Shown here: piece by piece, positions 1 to 12,800 of the stretch
How the letters are laid out: every line of letters begins with the position of its first letter
Numbering within the stretch: position 1 is the stretch's first letter
Assembly (NCBI RefSeq): GCF_006345805.1
Contig: NC_043026.1
Span: forward strand, 3,534,001 to 3,598,000
Source: Octopus sinensis
Lineage: Eukaryota
Length of the DNA stretch: 64,000 bases
Reading direction: 5' to 3'
Notes under the pieces: model-generated
Told to the model about the DNA's origin: nothing
The model's input: only the letters and a program-made list of their open reading frames with translations
Database searches by the model: none
Translations under genes and position numbers: made by a program

Positions 1-120
1 TATGCATGCATGTATGTATGTCTGTATGTGGCAGACTCTCCTTTGCAATCCTATTCATAGACAATGGAAGCTATGTGTATACTTGCATGTATGTGTGTGT
101 GTGTGTATATATATATATAT

Positions 121-1038
121 AGGGAGAATTCACAAAAAAAAAAACAAAAGACGAAGACAGGTGGTGTAGACAACAAACAGATGTATTAGTTTAATGCTTG
201 GGAAGTGAAAAAGTCTTTAATGTTTTGAGCCTACGCTCTTCCACAGAAAGGAACAAGGTGAGAAAATATAGAATGTGTAGTGGCTAGCAATCTGTCATGG
301 CGAATGCTGGACAGAGGGGTCACACAGGAGAGCTAGGAAGAAGGGGAGATGATAAAGTAGTGGTGATCCCAAAACGAAGGTGCACATGTGTGTGTATAAG
401 AGATCATTGTGTGTGTGTGTGTGAAAGGGGGCTGCTGACCTTTACATGTGCATGTGTGGATAATGGTGTGGGTGCTGGGAAGTGGTCAGTGCTTGTGTGT
501 GGTGGTGGGGTGTGGGTTAGGCTGAGGGTGGGGTATGTGGGAGTGGGTGTAAGTGATGCGGTGGAGCTGGGATAGGGTGGATAGGAAAGGTGGGTTTGGA
601 ATGTGTAGGGGTGAGGTTATGAGGGAGTGGTGATGATGAAGTGAGAGGGGAAAGGAGGTGGGTAGGAGTGAAGAGAAGTAGGAGTTGGAAGAAGTAGTTG
701 TGAGAGGAACAGAGAAGAGGAGAGGAGAGTTGAGCCCATGTGGCGCAAAGGAACGAAGAGAGAAGATTAATCCCTGTTCACAGCAAAGTCGGGAGTCCAG
801 ATGGCCCCTGTGCAAGGACAATCCGAACACAGACAGGTGTTGCAAAGAGTGACCGGGGTGTCATCGCCAAATTGGGTGTCTTGGAGGTATTCTGCAAACT
901 GGTCAGCCAAATGGCATCCCGTTTGTCCAATGTATAGGATAGGTAAGGGCAGAGAGAGTAGGAGATGCAGTAGATGACATTGCTAGAAGTGCAGGTGAAG
1001 GAGTCGGTGATATGATAGGGTTGATGATGGGTGCTGAT

Positions 1039-1040
<2 letters not shown>
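121..1040 (-). mobile_element. Degenerate Penelope-like element 3' part (GIY-YIG endonuclease remnant plus 3' UTR)
   Basis: Frameshifted translation FTCTSSNVIYCIS...YIGQTG.HLADQFAEYL...EQGLIFSLRSFAPHGLN matches the PLE GIY-YIG C-terminus. A degenerate HHR-like motif lies near 214-250. Confidence 0.75.
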
Positions 1041-1085
<45 letters not shown>

Positions 1086-1365
1086 AAATTGTGTGTGTGT
1101 GTATTTTTTACTTTTTATATATTACAATATTTATTATTTTTCTTTAATTTACAGCATTCAATCTGGTTTAATGAATGTATTCTGCTGCTGATTCTAAAAC
1201 CCGGGCAATTTGGACACAGATCACGAACACCAGAAATTAAAATTTCAGTGAATATAATGAAGTGGACTGGCTAACTGACTGACCCATAGTTTCTTCCGCT
1301 TTAACCCCTGACCTTTGCCACCTAACCCTAACACAAATGCACACATGTCTGTCTGTCTGTCTGTC

Positions 1366-1422
<57 letters not shown>

Positions 1423-1839
1423 GTACATATATATGCATGTTTCCACACACATATACATATATATGTATATATATATATATAATATATATACCACACACAC
1501 ATGTACATATGTATGCATATATGTATACACACATAGATGCATTATATATGTTGTGTTGTATACATGTATTTTTCACACATACATACGTATGGGGAGAGTC
1601 ACTGAGAATCCATGAGTCAGAAAAAAGCAGGATCTCCTATAACAGTCATCAAGTGAGTATTTTGATGTTTATTCAATACATTATTATAGATTCATCTCAG
1701 CCAATTTCAGAAATATTCTTCCTAGCAGCTCCTCTGATGACTGCTGAGACTGGTTTGTCTACAAAACTGATTAGTAAAAATCAGCTGAAATGTATCTATA
1801 ATACTATATTGTATAGATATTGATATATCTTGCTTTCTC

Positions 1840-1873
1840 TCCATCTACATATATAGATACATGTATGTATGTA

Positions 1874-1906
<33 letters not shown>

Positions 1907-2086
1907 GATAGATAGATACATCTATATATATAGATAGATAGATAGATACATCTATATATATAGATAGATAGATACATCTATATATATAGATATATAATAT
2001 ATATTTATAGATTCATGTGTATATATATTAATATATATATAGATAGATAGATAGATAGATATATATTATAGATTCATGTGTATATA

Positions 2087-2119
<33 letters not shown>

Positions 2120-2134
2120 TTATAGATTCATGTG

Positions 2135-2167
<33 letters not shown>

Positions 2168-2367
2168 GTATATATATATAATGTATATAATATATATATA
2201 TGTATATATATTATATTATATATATATAATATATATACTGTTATATAGATATATATATATGTATATTATATATATATATATATATTATAGATTCATGTGT
2301 ATATATATATATAGATAGATATTATATATATAGATATATATTTATAGATTCATGTATAATATATATG

Positions 2368-2399
<32 letters not shown>

Positions 2400-2627
2400 G
2401 ATATATATATATATATTTATAGAATCATGTATATATATATATGTATATATTATATATATATATATATATAATATAATAGATATATATATATATATATTTA
2501 TAGATTCATGTATATATATATATATATATATATATTTATAGATTCATGTATATATATAATATATATATTTATAGATTCATGTTATATATATATATATATA
2601 TTTATAGATTCATTTATATAATATATG

Positions 2628-2659
<32 letters not shown>

Positions 2660-2827
2660 TATATATATATATTTATTAGATTCATGTATATATATATATG
2701 TATATATATTATATATAGATAGATAGATAGTATATATATATATATTTATAGATTCATGTATATATTATATGATATATATATATAGATATAATAGATAGAT
2801 ATATATATATTTATAGATTCATGTGTA

Positions 2828-2858
<31 letters not shown>

Positions 2859-2862
2859 ATTC

Positions 2863-2901
<39 letters not shown>

Positions 2902-2915
2902 ATAAATTCATGTGT

Positions 2916-2947
<32 letters not shown>

Positions 2948-3010
2948 GATTCATGTAATATATATATATAAATATATATTATAGATACATATATAGATAT
3001 ATATATACAT
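1840..3010. repeat. Complex (TA)n/(GATA)n microsatellite mosaic with recurring TATTTATAGATTCATGT anchor
   Basis: Direct reading: the anchor motif recurs many times, separated by variable TA runs. Confidence 0.9.
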
Positions 3011-3362
3011 ATAGGTGTGTGTGTGTGGTGTGTGTGTAAGTTTTTACAACCTTGAATTCTGAGCTAAATTATTTTGTTCCTTATTTTTAATTCGGTGTTA
3101 AATTGTTTGATATGTGCCTTAGAATAACAGAACACAGTCCTTTGTGTTCTAACACGACAAGCAAACCCAACTCCCTCTATTTGTCTGCCTATTTTCAAGA
3201 TCTGAATCTTATGTTTTTTTCCCCCCTTCATTTTTCTTTTTACATTAATTTCTTCCTAAAATCTGCTTTCAAATGGAAACTAATGAAATGTTGCATCCAC
3301 CTTTTTGAACACAGTGTTAAAAGACACCACAATTGCCTCAAACTAACACAAAGCTGGCTTAA

Positions 3363-3581
3363 CCCTTTAGTATTTAAACCGGCCATATCCAGCTATAATA
3401 TTTAATCTGTTTTATGTTCAAATTGACCAGATCCAGGCTCTCACACCTACCCTACAATGTTATTCTACATTAAGTAATTACACCATCAAGATCTTGAAGA
3501 TATGAGATAATGCATGATTAATTCAAATTAATGGAAATCAATAGGCATTATGTTTGATTGAATAATCAGATCACTAAAGGG
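3363..3581. mobile_element. piggyBac-type MITE
   Basis: TTAA|CCCTTTAG ... CTAAAGGG|TTAA: inverted termini with TTAA target duplication. Confidence 0.75.
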
Positions 3582-4648
3582 TTAAAGCAAGCCACACTTG
3601 TATATCTGTTTTTTTGTCTGCAACCTTTATATAATCTTTAATTTATTTTCTTCCATTAGTCCTCATATTTCTTTTCAAATTGAAAGCAGTGAAATGATAC
3701 TTCTAATATTTTGAATTTGATGTTAAAATGAGATGTGAACTTTAGACCCACAGGGTGCAGGCTCCCAGCAAGCCGTTCCTCTACGTTTGTCTATCTGCAA
3801 GCTTTATATATAAATTTAAATCGTATTTTTGTCCGTTCCACTTCATACTTACTTTCAAATGGAAAACAATGGAATAACATGTCCAATTCTTTGCCTTTGA
3901 AGGGCCGCAAGCCTTTGAAGGGCCGCAAGCCTTTGAAGGGCTGTAGAAAATTTAGTAACAGTAATAAATAATTTATCCTCATCTAATACCAGCCAAAGTT
4001 AAATTCACCATTCAAAATAGTTTCAAAGGCAGAGGTAATAATAAGTTCTACTCGGGAATTTTTAAATAAATAGTATGAGACTTTTTGGTTTTCTTTTCTC
4101 TTAAATTCTGGCCTTCCTTTAGTATTCCTGTTGTTTTAGATTGATATATATATATATATATATATGTATGTATATATATGTAAGTATACTCAAAAGTGTT
4201 AATATGTATGTATCTATATTATAATGGAGAAAGCTGCTGATTAATTAGGTATGTAGCAGTCACTAAAAGTACTAAAAGAAAGCAATTATTAAAGGGCTGA
4301 CTATCTGGAAATATTTTTATAAATTCATGTTCTAAGAAATTTCCTATAATTTTGATTTCTCAAGTTTATTTAATTTTTAACTCCAATTTCTCGCAAATTT
4401 AAATATTCATTGCATCCACTGCATGCAATTCTTCCCAAATTTAAACATTCATTGAATTCACTGTGAAGTATTCCATTTTCATTTGCAAAGTCTCACTTTC
4501 TCTTTTAATGTTTTCATTTCAAGTTTTAATTCACCATTTGGAAAACCAACGGTATACTTAATGTAAAAACATTATTCATCCATTGAAATATTTTTATAAT
4601 ACCCATATAATTTTTGTAGTTGTGGACTTGGACAAGGTCTCCCCAATC

Positions 4649-4810
4649 CCTTAGGAATGAGAACCCAGGTTCGAAATTTCCCCAAGACACCCGATGGAGG
4701 CTAGAGGGTATATCAGCCGAAACGTTGTGTTAGCAACAAACAAGATGAGGAGAAATATCCATCAAATGTAAACAATGTACATAATTCCTCATCTCTTAAA
4801 TATAGAACTG
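4649..4810 (+). mobile_element. Non-autonomous PLE-derived repeat with minimal HHR-like core (family also at 13046-13190, 13555-13697, 42671-42831, 43305-43471)
   Basis: Family consensus ACAC-CTGATGA-a-GGCTG..CAGCC-GAAACGTT-GTGT. In this copy the core is mutated to CCGATGG. Confidence 0.7.
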
Positions 4811-5460
4811 TATTGTTACACTATATAAAACTGGTGGGCAGATGAATCACTGTTATCTCTAGCAGTCTGTTGTCCATCATTGGTAAGACCAAGGAAGGTC
4901 AAAATCACATGTTCTTGTGAATTCTGTGCTGGAGATGGCAGAGTTTTATCTCTCTGCTAGCAATATAAAGAAGAGTGCATTTTGCACCAAAAACATCAAT
5001 ATAAGAGTTTCTCTCGTGGTATCTACCGCAGTATAGCTTGTTCTAACAGAACAGCCATGTTTAAGGGGAGATAAATATTACCTCCCAGAATTCATTGCAA
5101 AAAGGCAAGTTTAGCCTTATTTTTCAATGCCAAATTTTATTTATTTACCAAAGATAGACAAGAAAAATACAAAATTTCTGTATTCAAATGTTTCCTTTTC
5201 AATACATAATATTTTTTCAATAATATACAGTAATATATCATTTTCATAATGTCGGAATCAACCCACAAACTGTACATTAACCGATCCCTGGATCCAGAAA
5301 CAAATCTGCCTGTTTAAAGTGGTTTGTTTCAAGTTCTTGATTTTACTTAAACTATTTTTGTTTCAAGCCTCTAATATTTCTTTTTAATTTAAAATGAATA
5401 AAATATGTCTAATCTTTTGAACTCGAGATAAAATACGGGACATGAATGTCTCACCCCTCC

Positions 5461-5490
<30 letters not shown>

Positions 5491-5495
<5 letters not shown>

Positions 5496-5790
5496 GGAAA
5501 TGAAGAAAATGCTGACAAAATAATTTAAGTAAGGGAGAGTGTATTTAATTAGGTGAAACAAATCTTAAACAACTCTGGAGCCTCTTTTTTCACATATAAG
5601 AGACAGCAAACCCAACATAAAGTCAGATAAGAGAAAAAAATCTATCAGAAAGGAACTCTATCTCTCTTAAAAAATATCTTTTGATAAGCATAACAAATGC
5701 GCAACCGGTAAAAAGAACTTTCACCTAATTAAATACACTCTCCCTTACTTAAATTATTTTGTCAGCATTTTCTTCATTTCCTTTTTTTAT
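5491..5790. mobile_element. Inverted-repeat (MITE-like) element between (TA)n runs
   Basis: ~65-bp inverted arms (aaaaaggaaatgaagaaaatgctgac... / ...gtcagcattttcttcatttcctttt). Confidence 0.65.
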
Positions 5791-5946
5791 ATATCACAAC
5801 TCGTGTTCCACATCTCCTTTTTTAAATATATATATATATATACCGGAGTAAACACATAAATGTGAAACAAGGTGGAAAAAAGAGTACTCAAATACCAGTG
5901 GTAGAGTAATATGCTTTATTTAAAGCACCAGAAAATTCAACAAAAC

Positions 5947-5984
5947 CTGTTACTCTGAGTTTCACGTTCCTGTTCGTCGGACAG
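5947..5984 (-). ncRNA. Type I hammerhead-like motif, U4C variant, in a hairpin repeat (arms ~5914-5954 and 5991-6031)
   Basis: Minus strand: CTGT-CCGACGA-AC aggaac GT-GAAAC TC A GA GTA-ACAG. Stems I, II and III pair, with GUA as the cleavage triplet. Confidence 0.5.
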
Positions 5985-6030
5985 TTTTTTAGTAACAGGT
6001 TTTGTTGAATTTTCTGCTGCTTTAAATAAA

Positions 6031-6074
<44 letters not shown>

Positions 6075-6190
6075 AATGTATGTACAAACAGTCTTTATTT
6101 TTTTTCACTTATCGGTCAGTAGGCTGCAGTCATACTGGAACACTGCCTTGAAGAATTTTTAGTCAAATCGACCCTAGGACTTATCTTTTT

Positions 6191-6925
6191 AAGGCCTGTT
6201 ACTTATTCTATCAGTCTCTTTTGTCAAACCACTAAGTTACGAGGACATAAACACACCAACACCAGTTAAGTGGGGACGGTCTAATACAAACATCTTTTTA
6301 AGGCTTGTTACTTATTCTATCAGTCTCTTTTGTCAAACCACTAAGTTACAAGGACATAAACACACCAACACCAGTTAAGTGGGGACGGTCTAATACAAAC
6401 ATCTTTTTAAGGTTTGTTATTCTATCAGTCTCTTTTGTCAAACCACTAAGTTACGAGGACATAAACACACCAACACCAGTTAAGTGGGGACGGTCTAATA
6501 CAAACATCTTTTTAAGGCTTGTTACTTATTCTATCAGTCTCTTTTGTCAAACCACTAAGTTACGAGGACATAAACACACCAACACCAGTTAAGTGGGGAC
6601 GGTCTAATACAAACATCTTTTTAAGTTTGTTATTCTATCAGTCTCTTTTGTCAAACCACTAAGTTACGAGGACATAAACACACCAACACCAGTTAAGTGG
6701 GGACGGTCTAATACAAACATCTTTTTAAGGCTTGTTACTTATTCTATCAGTCTCTTTTTTCAAACTACTGAGTTACAAGGACATAAACACACCAACACCA
6801 GTTAAGTGGGGACGGTCTAATACAAACATCTTAAGGCTTGTTACTTATTCTATCAGTCTCTTTTGTCAAACCACTAAGTTACAAGAACATAAACACACCA
6901 ACACCTTGTAAGTGGGGATGGACTA
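6191..6925. repeat. Tandem array, 7 x ~105-109 bp, derived from the internal/tail part of a SINE
   Basis: Unit starts at 6191, 6300, 6409, 6514, 6623, 6727 and 6833. The unit resembles SINE segment ttattctatcggtctcttttgccgaaccgctaag. Confidence 0.9.
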
Positions 6926-7283
6926 ACAAACACACACACACACACGCATGTATGCATTTATAAAACCCTTCTCTGCTCCCTATCACTTCTCTCATACTTT
7001 AACCCTTCATACCTCTAACATGAAGTGGAGCCCCACCTCCCTTGGGTTCATAGTGTTGTGAGCTTCATAGAAATCTGTTATGATGAGGTTCACTTGCTAA
7101 CCAGGTTTCTTTTAACGATGTGTAGAACAAGAGATCCGTTGCTTGGAGAACAGGTAAGGGTTTGTGACAGGAAAATCATGGGGCTGTCAAACAGCTCAAA
7201 AGGCAAGACTGGAATATATCTTTTTGTTTCCTTCTCCTTCTTGTGTTATATATGTCAAACTTACCTTATGCATACATACACCA

Positions 7284-8190
7284 TCTGTCAGGTGAAAATA
7301 TATTTTTATGTTCAAATATATATATATGTGTATAAATAGAATAAAACTATTTGCCCTTAAGAAAATTAAGCTTGTTTTATTTAAACCAAATATATATTTA
7401 TATATATAAAAAAAGAGCCATTTATTTCTTTGTCATCTCTCTTATGGATTTCATTTGCTTACAGCTGTTTCGTACTCATAGTTGAATGCCTGAATAACAC
7501 TTTATATAACACCAATATGTATTCATTAAAATTATAATACAAAGGTATCTGTTAGGTGAAAATATATTTTTATATTCAAATATATATATATATGTATAAA
7601 TAGAATAAAACTATTTGCCCTTAAGAAAATTAAGCTTGTTTTATTTAAACCAAATATATATTTATATATATAAAAAAAGAGCCATTTATTTCTTTGTCAT
7701 CTCTCTTATGGATTTCATTTGCTTACAGCTGTTTCGTACTCATAGTTGAATGCCTGAATAACACTTTATATAACACCAATATGTATTCATTAAAATTATA
7801 ATACAAAGGTATCTGTTAGGTGAAAATATATTTTTATATTCAAATATATATATATGAATAAATAGAATAAAACTATTTGCCCTTAAGAAAATTAAGCTTG
7901 TTTTATTTAAACCAAATATATATCTATATATATAAAAAAGAGCCATTTATTTCTTTGTCATCTCTCTTATGGATTTCATTTGCTTACAGCTGTTTCGTAC
8001 TCATAGTTGAATGCCTGAATAACACTTTATATAACACCGATATATATTCATTAAAATTATAATACAAAGGCATCTGTAAGGTGAAAATATATTTTTGTAT
8101 TCAAATATATATATATGTGTATAAATAGAATAAAACTATTTGCCCTTAAGAAAATTAAGCTTGTTTTATTTAAATTAAATATATATTTAT
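7284..8190. repeat. Tandem array, ~3.4 x ~264 bp AT-rich unit
   Basis: Unit starts at 7284, 7548, 7812 and 8073. Confidence 0.9.
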
Positions 8191-8329
8191 ACTAGCTTAA
8201 GGTGACCCGCTCTACGCTCGGGTGAGGGTATGGTTGTTATTTTCTGTTGCTTCCTTTGCTCTCTTCAAAGCATGAAGAAATAAAATTTTTACAAAATGAC
8301 CGAGAGAAATGCAGAATAAGAAAAAGACA

Positions 8330-9058
8330 GAGGCGGTGCTCCAGCATGGCCACAGTCAAATGACTGAAACAGGTGAAAGAGTAAAAGAGAGAGAAACAAG
8401 AGAAAGAAAGACAGAAAACAAATTTCTATAGAAGTTCAAAGAGAAATAGTGGATGAGAGACAGATGCTGATGTTTCATACCATGTGTATACTCTTTTACT
8501 CTTTCACTTGTTCCAGTCATTTGACTGCGGCCATGCTGGAGCACCGCCTTTAATCGAGCAACTCGACCCCGGGACATATTCTTTTGTAAGCCCAGTACTT
8601 ATTCTATCGGTCTCTTTTGCCGAACCGCTAAGTAACGGGGACATAAACACACCAGCATCAGTTGTCAAGCAATGCTAGGGTGACAAACAGACACACAAAC
8701 ACACACACGCATATATATATATGCATATATACGATGGGCTTCTTTCAGTTTCCGTCTACCAAATCCACTCACAAGGCTTTGGTCGGCCCAAGGCTATAGT
8801 AGAAGACACTTGCCCAAGGTGCCACGCAGTGGGACTGATCCCGGAACCATGTGGTTGGTAAGCAAGCTACTTACTACACAGCCACTCCTGTGCCTTATAT
8901 GTATATGTATGACAGGCTTCTTTCAGTTTCCGCCTACCAAATCCACTCACAAGGCTTTGGTCGGCCCGAGGCTATAGTAGAAGACACTTGCCCAAGGTGC
9001 CACACAGTGGGACTGAACCCGGAACCATGTGGTTGGTAAACAAGCTACTTACTACACA
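8330..9058 (-). mobile_element. tRNA-derived SINEs (family A, head GGCGCAGGAGTGGCTGTGTGGTAAG), nested copies
   Basis: Matches the many family-A copies elsewhere in the window (tRNA-like head, TA/TG middle, aaaagagt tail). Confidence 0.8.
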
Positions 9059-9202
9059 GTGACTCATCGTTTAACATCATCATCACCACCATTGTCATCA
9101 TCGACGTCATCATCAATGACAGCAGCATCTTCCACACCAACAATTACAACAACAATTTTTGTCAGTTTCAATCTTTCTTTATGTGTATTATCAAATTATC
9201 AT

Positions 9203-9390
9203 TTATTTCACAAAGTTCTTCGCAAAAGCCTTGAGGGCAACGAAAAGTTCACGGTAACTGGGCTGTATTTCGGATTCTGGCATGATGAAACCCCTCATGC
9301 TGTGAGGATCAGGGCGCAGTTCAAAGGCATAAGCGTACTTGACATTCATTTTCATTTTTGCCCAGTCATAAGCACCACCTGTGGCAGGAT
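9203..9390 (-). CDS. M14A carboxypeptidase gene 1, last coding exon (188 nt, phase 1): (Y)PATGGAYDWAKMKMNVKYAYAFELRPDPHSMRGFIMPESEIQPSYRELFVALKAFAKNFVK*
   Basis: Acceptor ttctaatag. T from the previous exon plus AT gives Tyr248. YAFELR carries catalytic Glu270, and GFI(M)P..EI.P is the typical M14A C-terminus. TAA at 9203-9205. Confidence 0.95.
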
Positions 9391-9449
9391 CTATTAGAAA
9401 TGAAGAAAGAGGGGAAAAAATTTCAGAGAGAAGGGAGTAAAAATTCATT

Positions 9450-10075
9450 CTTATTTCTTTACTACCCACAAGGGGCTAAACACAGAGAGGACAAACAAGG
9501 ACAGACAAATGGATTAAGTCGATTATATCGACCCCAGAGCGTAACTGGTGCTTAATTTATCGACCCCGAAAGGATGAAAGGCAAAGTCGACTTCAGCGGA
9601 ATTTGAACTCAGAACGTAACGGCAGACAAAATACCTATTTCTTTACTACCCACAAGGGGCTAAACACAGAGAGGACAAACAAGGACAGACAAACGGATTA
9701 AGTCCATTATATCGGCCCAGTGCGTAACTGGTACTTAATTTATCAACCCCGAAAGGATGAAAGGCAAAGTTGACTTCAGCGGAATTTGAACTCAGAACGT
9801 AACGGCAGACAAAATAATGCTAAGCATTTCGTCCAGCATGCTAATGTTTCTTATTTCTTTATTGCCCACAAGGGGCTAAACACAGAGGGGACAAACAAGG
9901 ACAGACAAACAGATTAAGTCGATTATATCGACCCCAGGGCATAACTGGTACTTAATTTATCGACCCCGAAAGGATGAAAGGCAAAGTCAACCTGGGCGGA
10001 ATTTGAACTCAAAATGTAACGGCAGACGAAATACCGCAAAGCATTTTGCCCGGCGTGCTAACGTTTCTGCCAGCT
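9450..10075 (-). mobile_element. SINE family C with tandemly repeated ~190-bp body (also at 33330-33820, + strand)
   Basis: Repeated core ctttcatcctttcggggtcgataaattaagtaccag, resembling the conserved central domain of mollusc Nin-type SINEs. Confidence 0.7.
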
Positions 10076-10150
10076 CACTCCCTTTAAAAGAGTGAAAATT
10101 CATTAAAGACATCAAAGGTACTTTCATACACATACAAATGTATATATATA

Positions 10151-10683
10151 CAGGGTGTCCCAAAAAAATGTATACACACCTTAAATAATTGTAAATTTGG
10201 GGTTTATTATAATTCGAATAATTTTCAACATGTAAAAGAATTTACAAATATCATTCTATTGTCTTGTTATCGCATGTTCTCAAACTGATGTCCGTTCTGC
10301 TCCAGACACTGCTGACAACGCGAAGCCATGGAATGGCACACATCATGGAACAATTCCCTTGGGATATTCGTACATTCATGTTCAATGGTTGCCCTCAATT
10401 GAACGACTGTTGCGGGTTTCTGTGCGTAGACTTTGTCCTTTAGGTATCTCCATGAAAAGAAGTGTAGTGGTGTGAGGTCTGGTGAACGTGGAGGGTATTC
10501 GACAAAACCTCTCCGTCCAATCCACCTGTTTGGCAAGATCCCATCAAGAAAGGATCTAACATCGCGATGGTAGTGTGGAGATGCCCCATCTTGCTGGAAA
10601 TAAAACTCTTCCTGTTCAAAGTCCTCTCTAATGCTTGGTATGACAGACTGTTGCAGTCTGTGTATACATTTTTTGGGGACACC

Positions 10684-10686
<3 letters not shown>
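10151..10686 (-). mobile_element. Internally deleted IS630-Tc1-mariner element, DD41D-like (rosa/Visitor type)
   Basis: TIRs CAGGGTGTCCCAAAAAAATGTATACAC / GTGTATACATTTTTTGGGGACACCCTG. Translation FQQDGASPH...WIGRRG..YPPRSPDLTPLH has 41 residues between the second D and the third catalytic position, which is mutated to H. Confidence 0.85.
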
Positions 10687-10722
<36 letters not shown>

Positions 10723-10779
10723 CTGTCACGCATACTCACATACAAAGGTACATGCATGTATTCATACATACATGATAAT

Positions 10780-11670
10780 AGTACATTGATCGTCGAAGCA
10801 GTTTATCATGGACCAATAGCCGGATTACTACCCCCCACTTTGAAGGGTACGCGTTTGCAACCCAGGAACAGGAAATATCAACCAAATACCTGATCCAGAA
10901 AAGGGATAGAGATGCAGGAAAAGCCGTAAAATGTGACGACCAATGCAGACTCAGACTCTGTGGAGTTAACTCCAAAGATATTGCCCGCATCATAAGCAGT
11001 TGTCCAAAAACGTCATCATGGTATTATCTACCAATAAGATATGACATTGTAGCTAGCACACTCTATAATGAAATCCATTGGAAGGATAATCCCAAGGATA
11101 AAGGAATAAGAACCCACAATAAGGTAGAAGCCATAGCTACTCATCATCATCATCATCATCATCATCGTTTAACGTCCGCTTTCCATGCTAGAATGGGTTG
11201 GTCGGTTCAACTGGGGTCTGGGAAGCCTGAAGGCTGCACCAAGCCAGTCAGATCTGGCAGTGTTTCTACAGCTGGATGCCCTTCCTAATGCCAACCACTC
11301 CGAGAGTGTAGTGGGTGATTTTATGTGCCACTGACACAGATTCCAGACGGGGCTGGCGAACGGCCATGCTCGGATGGTGTTTTCTACATGCCACCGGCAC
11401 GGAGGCCAGTCAATGCGGTACTGGCTATAGCCACCTTCGGATGGTTTTCATATGTGCCACCGGCACTGGTACCACAAAACTACAAATTCCATTAATGTTC
11501 ATCGAGTTTGCTTACTCATAATAAAAAAGGAATACTGGTGGAATGTCCCAGTGAAGACCTCAATAAAATGTAAGCATAACAGGCCTGATATAATGATTGG
11601 GGATAGGGAAGAGAAACTGTGCACAGTTGTGGAAATTAGCTGGCCAATGGGTGTTGACATAAAGCGGGAG
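10780..11670 (+). mobile_element. R4/Dong-like non-LTR retrotransposon fragment (zinc knuckle plus restriction-like endonuclease), split by a SINE at 11145-11512
   Basis: Degenerate CRLC..HI.S.CP...Y..R.D.VA and HNRPDIMI...VVEIS motifs. TACTCAT is repeated on both sides of the SINE. Confidence 0.7.
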
Positions 11671-11744
11671 ATCAGTTTCCTGGTTTCTATGGCGTATGTG
11701 TTCCCCAGCTGGATGGGATGCCAATCCATCGCAGCGTTACTCAT

Positions 11745-11881
11745 TTTTGCCAGCTGAGTGAACTGGAGCAATGTGAAATGAAGTGTTTTGCTCAAGAACA
11801 CAATGCGTCGCCCGGTCCAGGAATCGAAACCACAATCTTACGATCATGGTGCTGACACCCTAACCACTAAGCCACGCGCCT

Positions 11882-11929
<48 letters not shown>

Positions 11930-12800
11930 GCCCTTTTAAAGCCTAGTCCAGCTCATGGGCCTGGTTTCCCAGTTTCTATGGCGTATGTGTTCCCCAGCTG
12001 GACGGGACACCAGTCCATCGCAGCGTTACTCATTTTTGCCAGCTGAGTGAACTGGAGCAATGTGAAATGAAGTGTTTTGCCCAAGAACACAATGCGTTGC
12101 CCGGTCCAGGAATTGAAACCACAATCTTACGATCATGATGCTGACACCCTAGCCACTAAGCCACGTGCCTCCACACACACACACACACATAATATAATAT
12201 AATAATATAGGCACGGGCATGGCTGTGTGGTTAGGGAGCTTGCTTCCTAGCTACATGGTTTCGGGTTCAGTCCCACTGCATGGCACTTTGGCCAGGTGTC
12301 CTCCACTATAGCCCGGAGCCGACCGAAGCTTTGTAATTGAATTCGGTAGGCGGAAGTTACTGCCGTGTGTGTATGTGTGCGTATAGCTGCTCAGTGCCTC
12401 TCCGAAAGAGAGAGAGAGGGAATAGCTGCACTCTTGTTACACAAGAAAAGCCATTGCCAAGAAGACGTACTGAAATGAAGTGTCTTGCTCAAGAATACAA
12501 TGTACTTTCCAGTGCCATGTAAAATGCATTTGTGTTGGTGCTGCATATACCCGGGGCATGTAAGGACCACCCAGCACACCCTGTAAAGTGTTTGGTGTTA
12601 GGAAGGGCGTCCAGCTGTACAAACCATGCCAAAATATACAATTGCGGTTTGACCTGCGGAATCTCTCTCAGAAGCACAGTAAGGGTATGCCTGTCTGTGG
12701 AGTACTCAGCCACTTGCATGTCAATTTCACAAGGATGCTGATTTGTCAATCGGATCAACTGGAGCCCTAACCATCATAACTGACCAGAAGCCAGTAAGAC
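11745..12800. mobile_element. Cluster of SINE copies (families A and B) in both orientations
   Basis: tRNA-like heads (gcgcgtggcttagtggttaggg; ggcatggctgtgtggttaggg) and shared body motifs. Confidence 0.7.

Noticed and set aside
214-250. Hammerhead in the 3' end of the first Penelope fragment
   Set aside because: Stem II (GAGC/GCTC) is present, but the core reads CTGTGGA and AAAAC-ATT. Too degenerate to call.
1041-2318. Many ORF-track entries rich in IY/YI, CV, HT, poly-I, poly-M or poly-H, here and across the window
   Set aside because: Translations of (TA)n, (CA)n, (AAT)n and (CAT)n microsatellites or of SINE bodies.
3853-3940. 88-nt minus-strand segment with good acceptor and donor and an 18-bp triplication (PFKGLR repeats)
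   Set aside because: No recognisable protein and no partner exons found. It could be a UTR exon, but this cannot be supported without RNA data.
7157-7172. 16-bp identity to the NPDG exon (agggtttgtgacagga)
   Set aside because: Flanking translation is not carboxypeptidase-like. Treated as chance.
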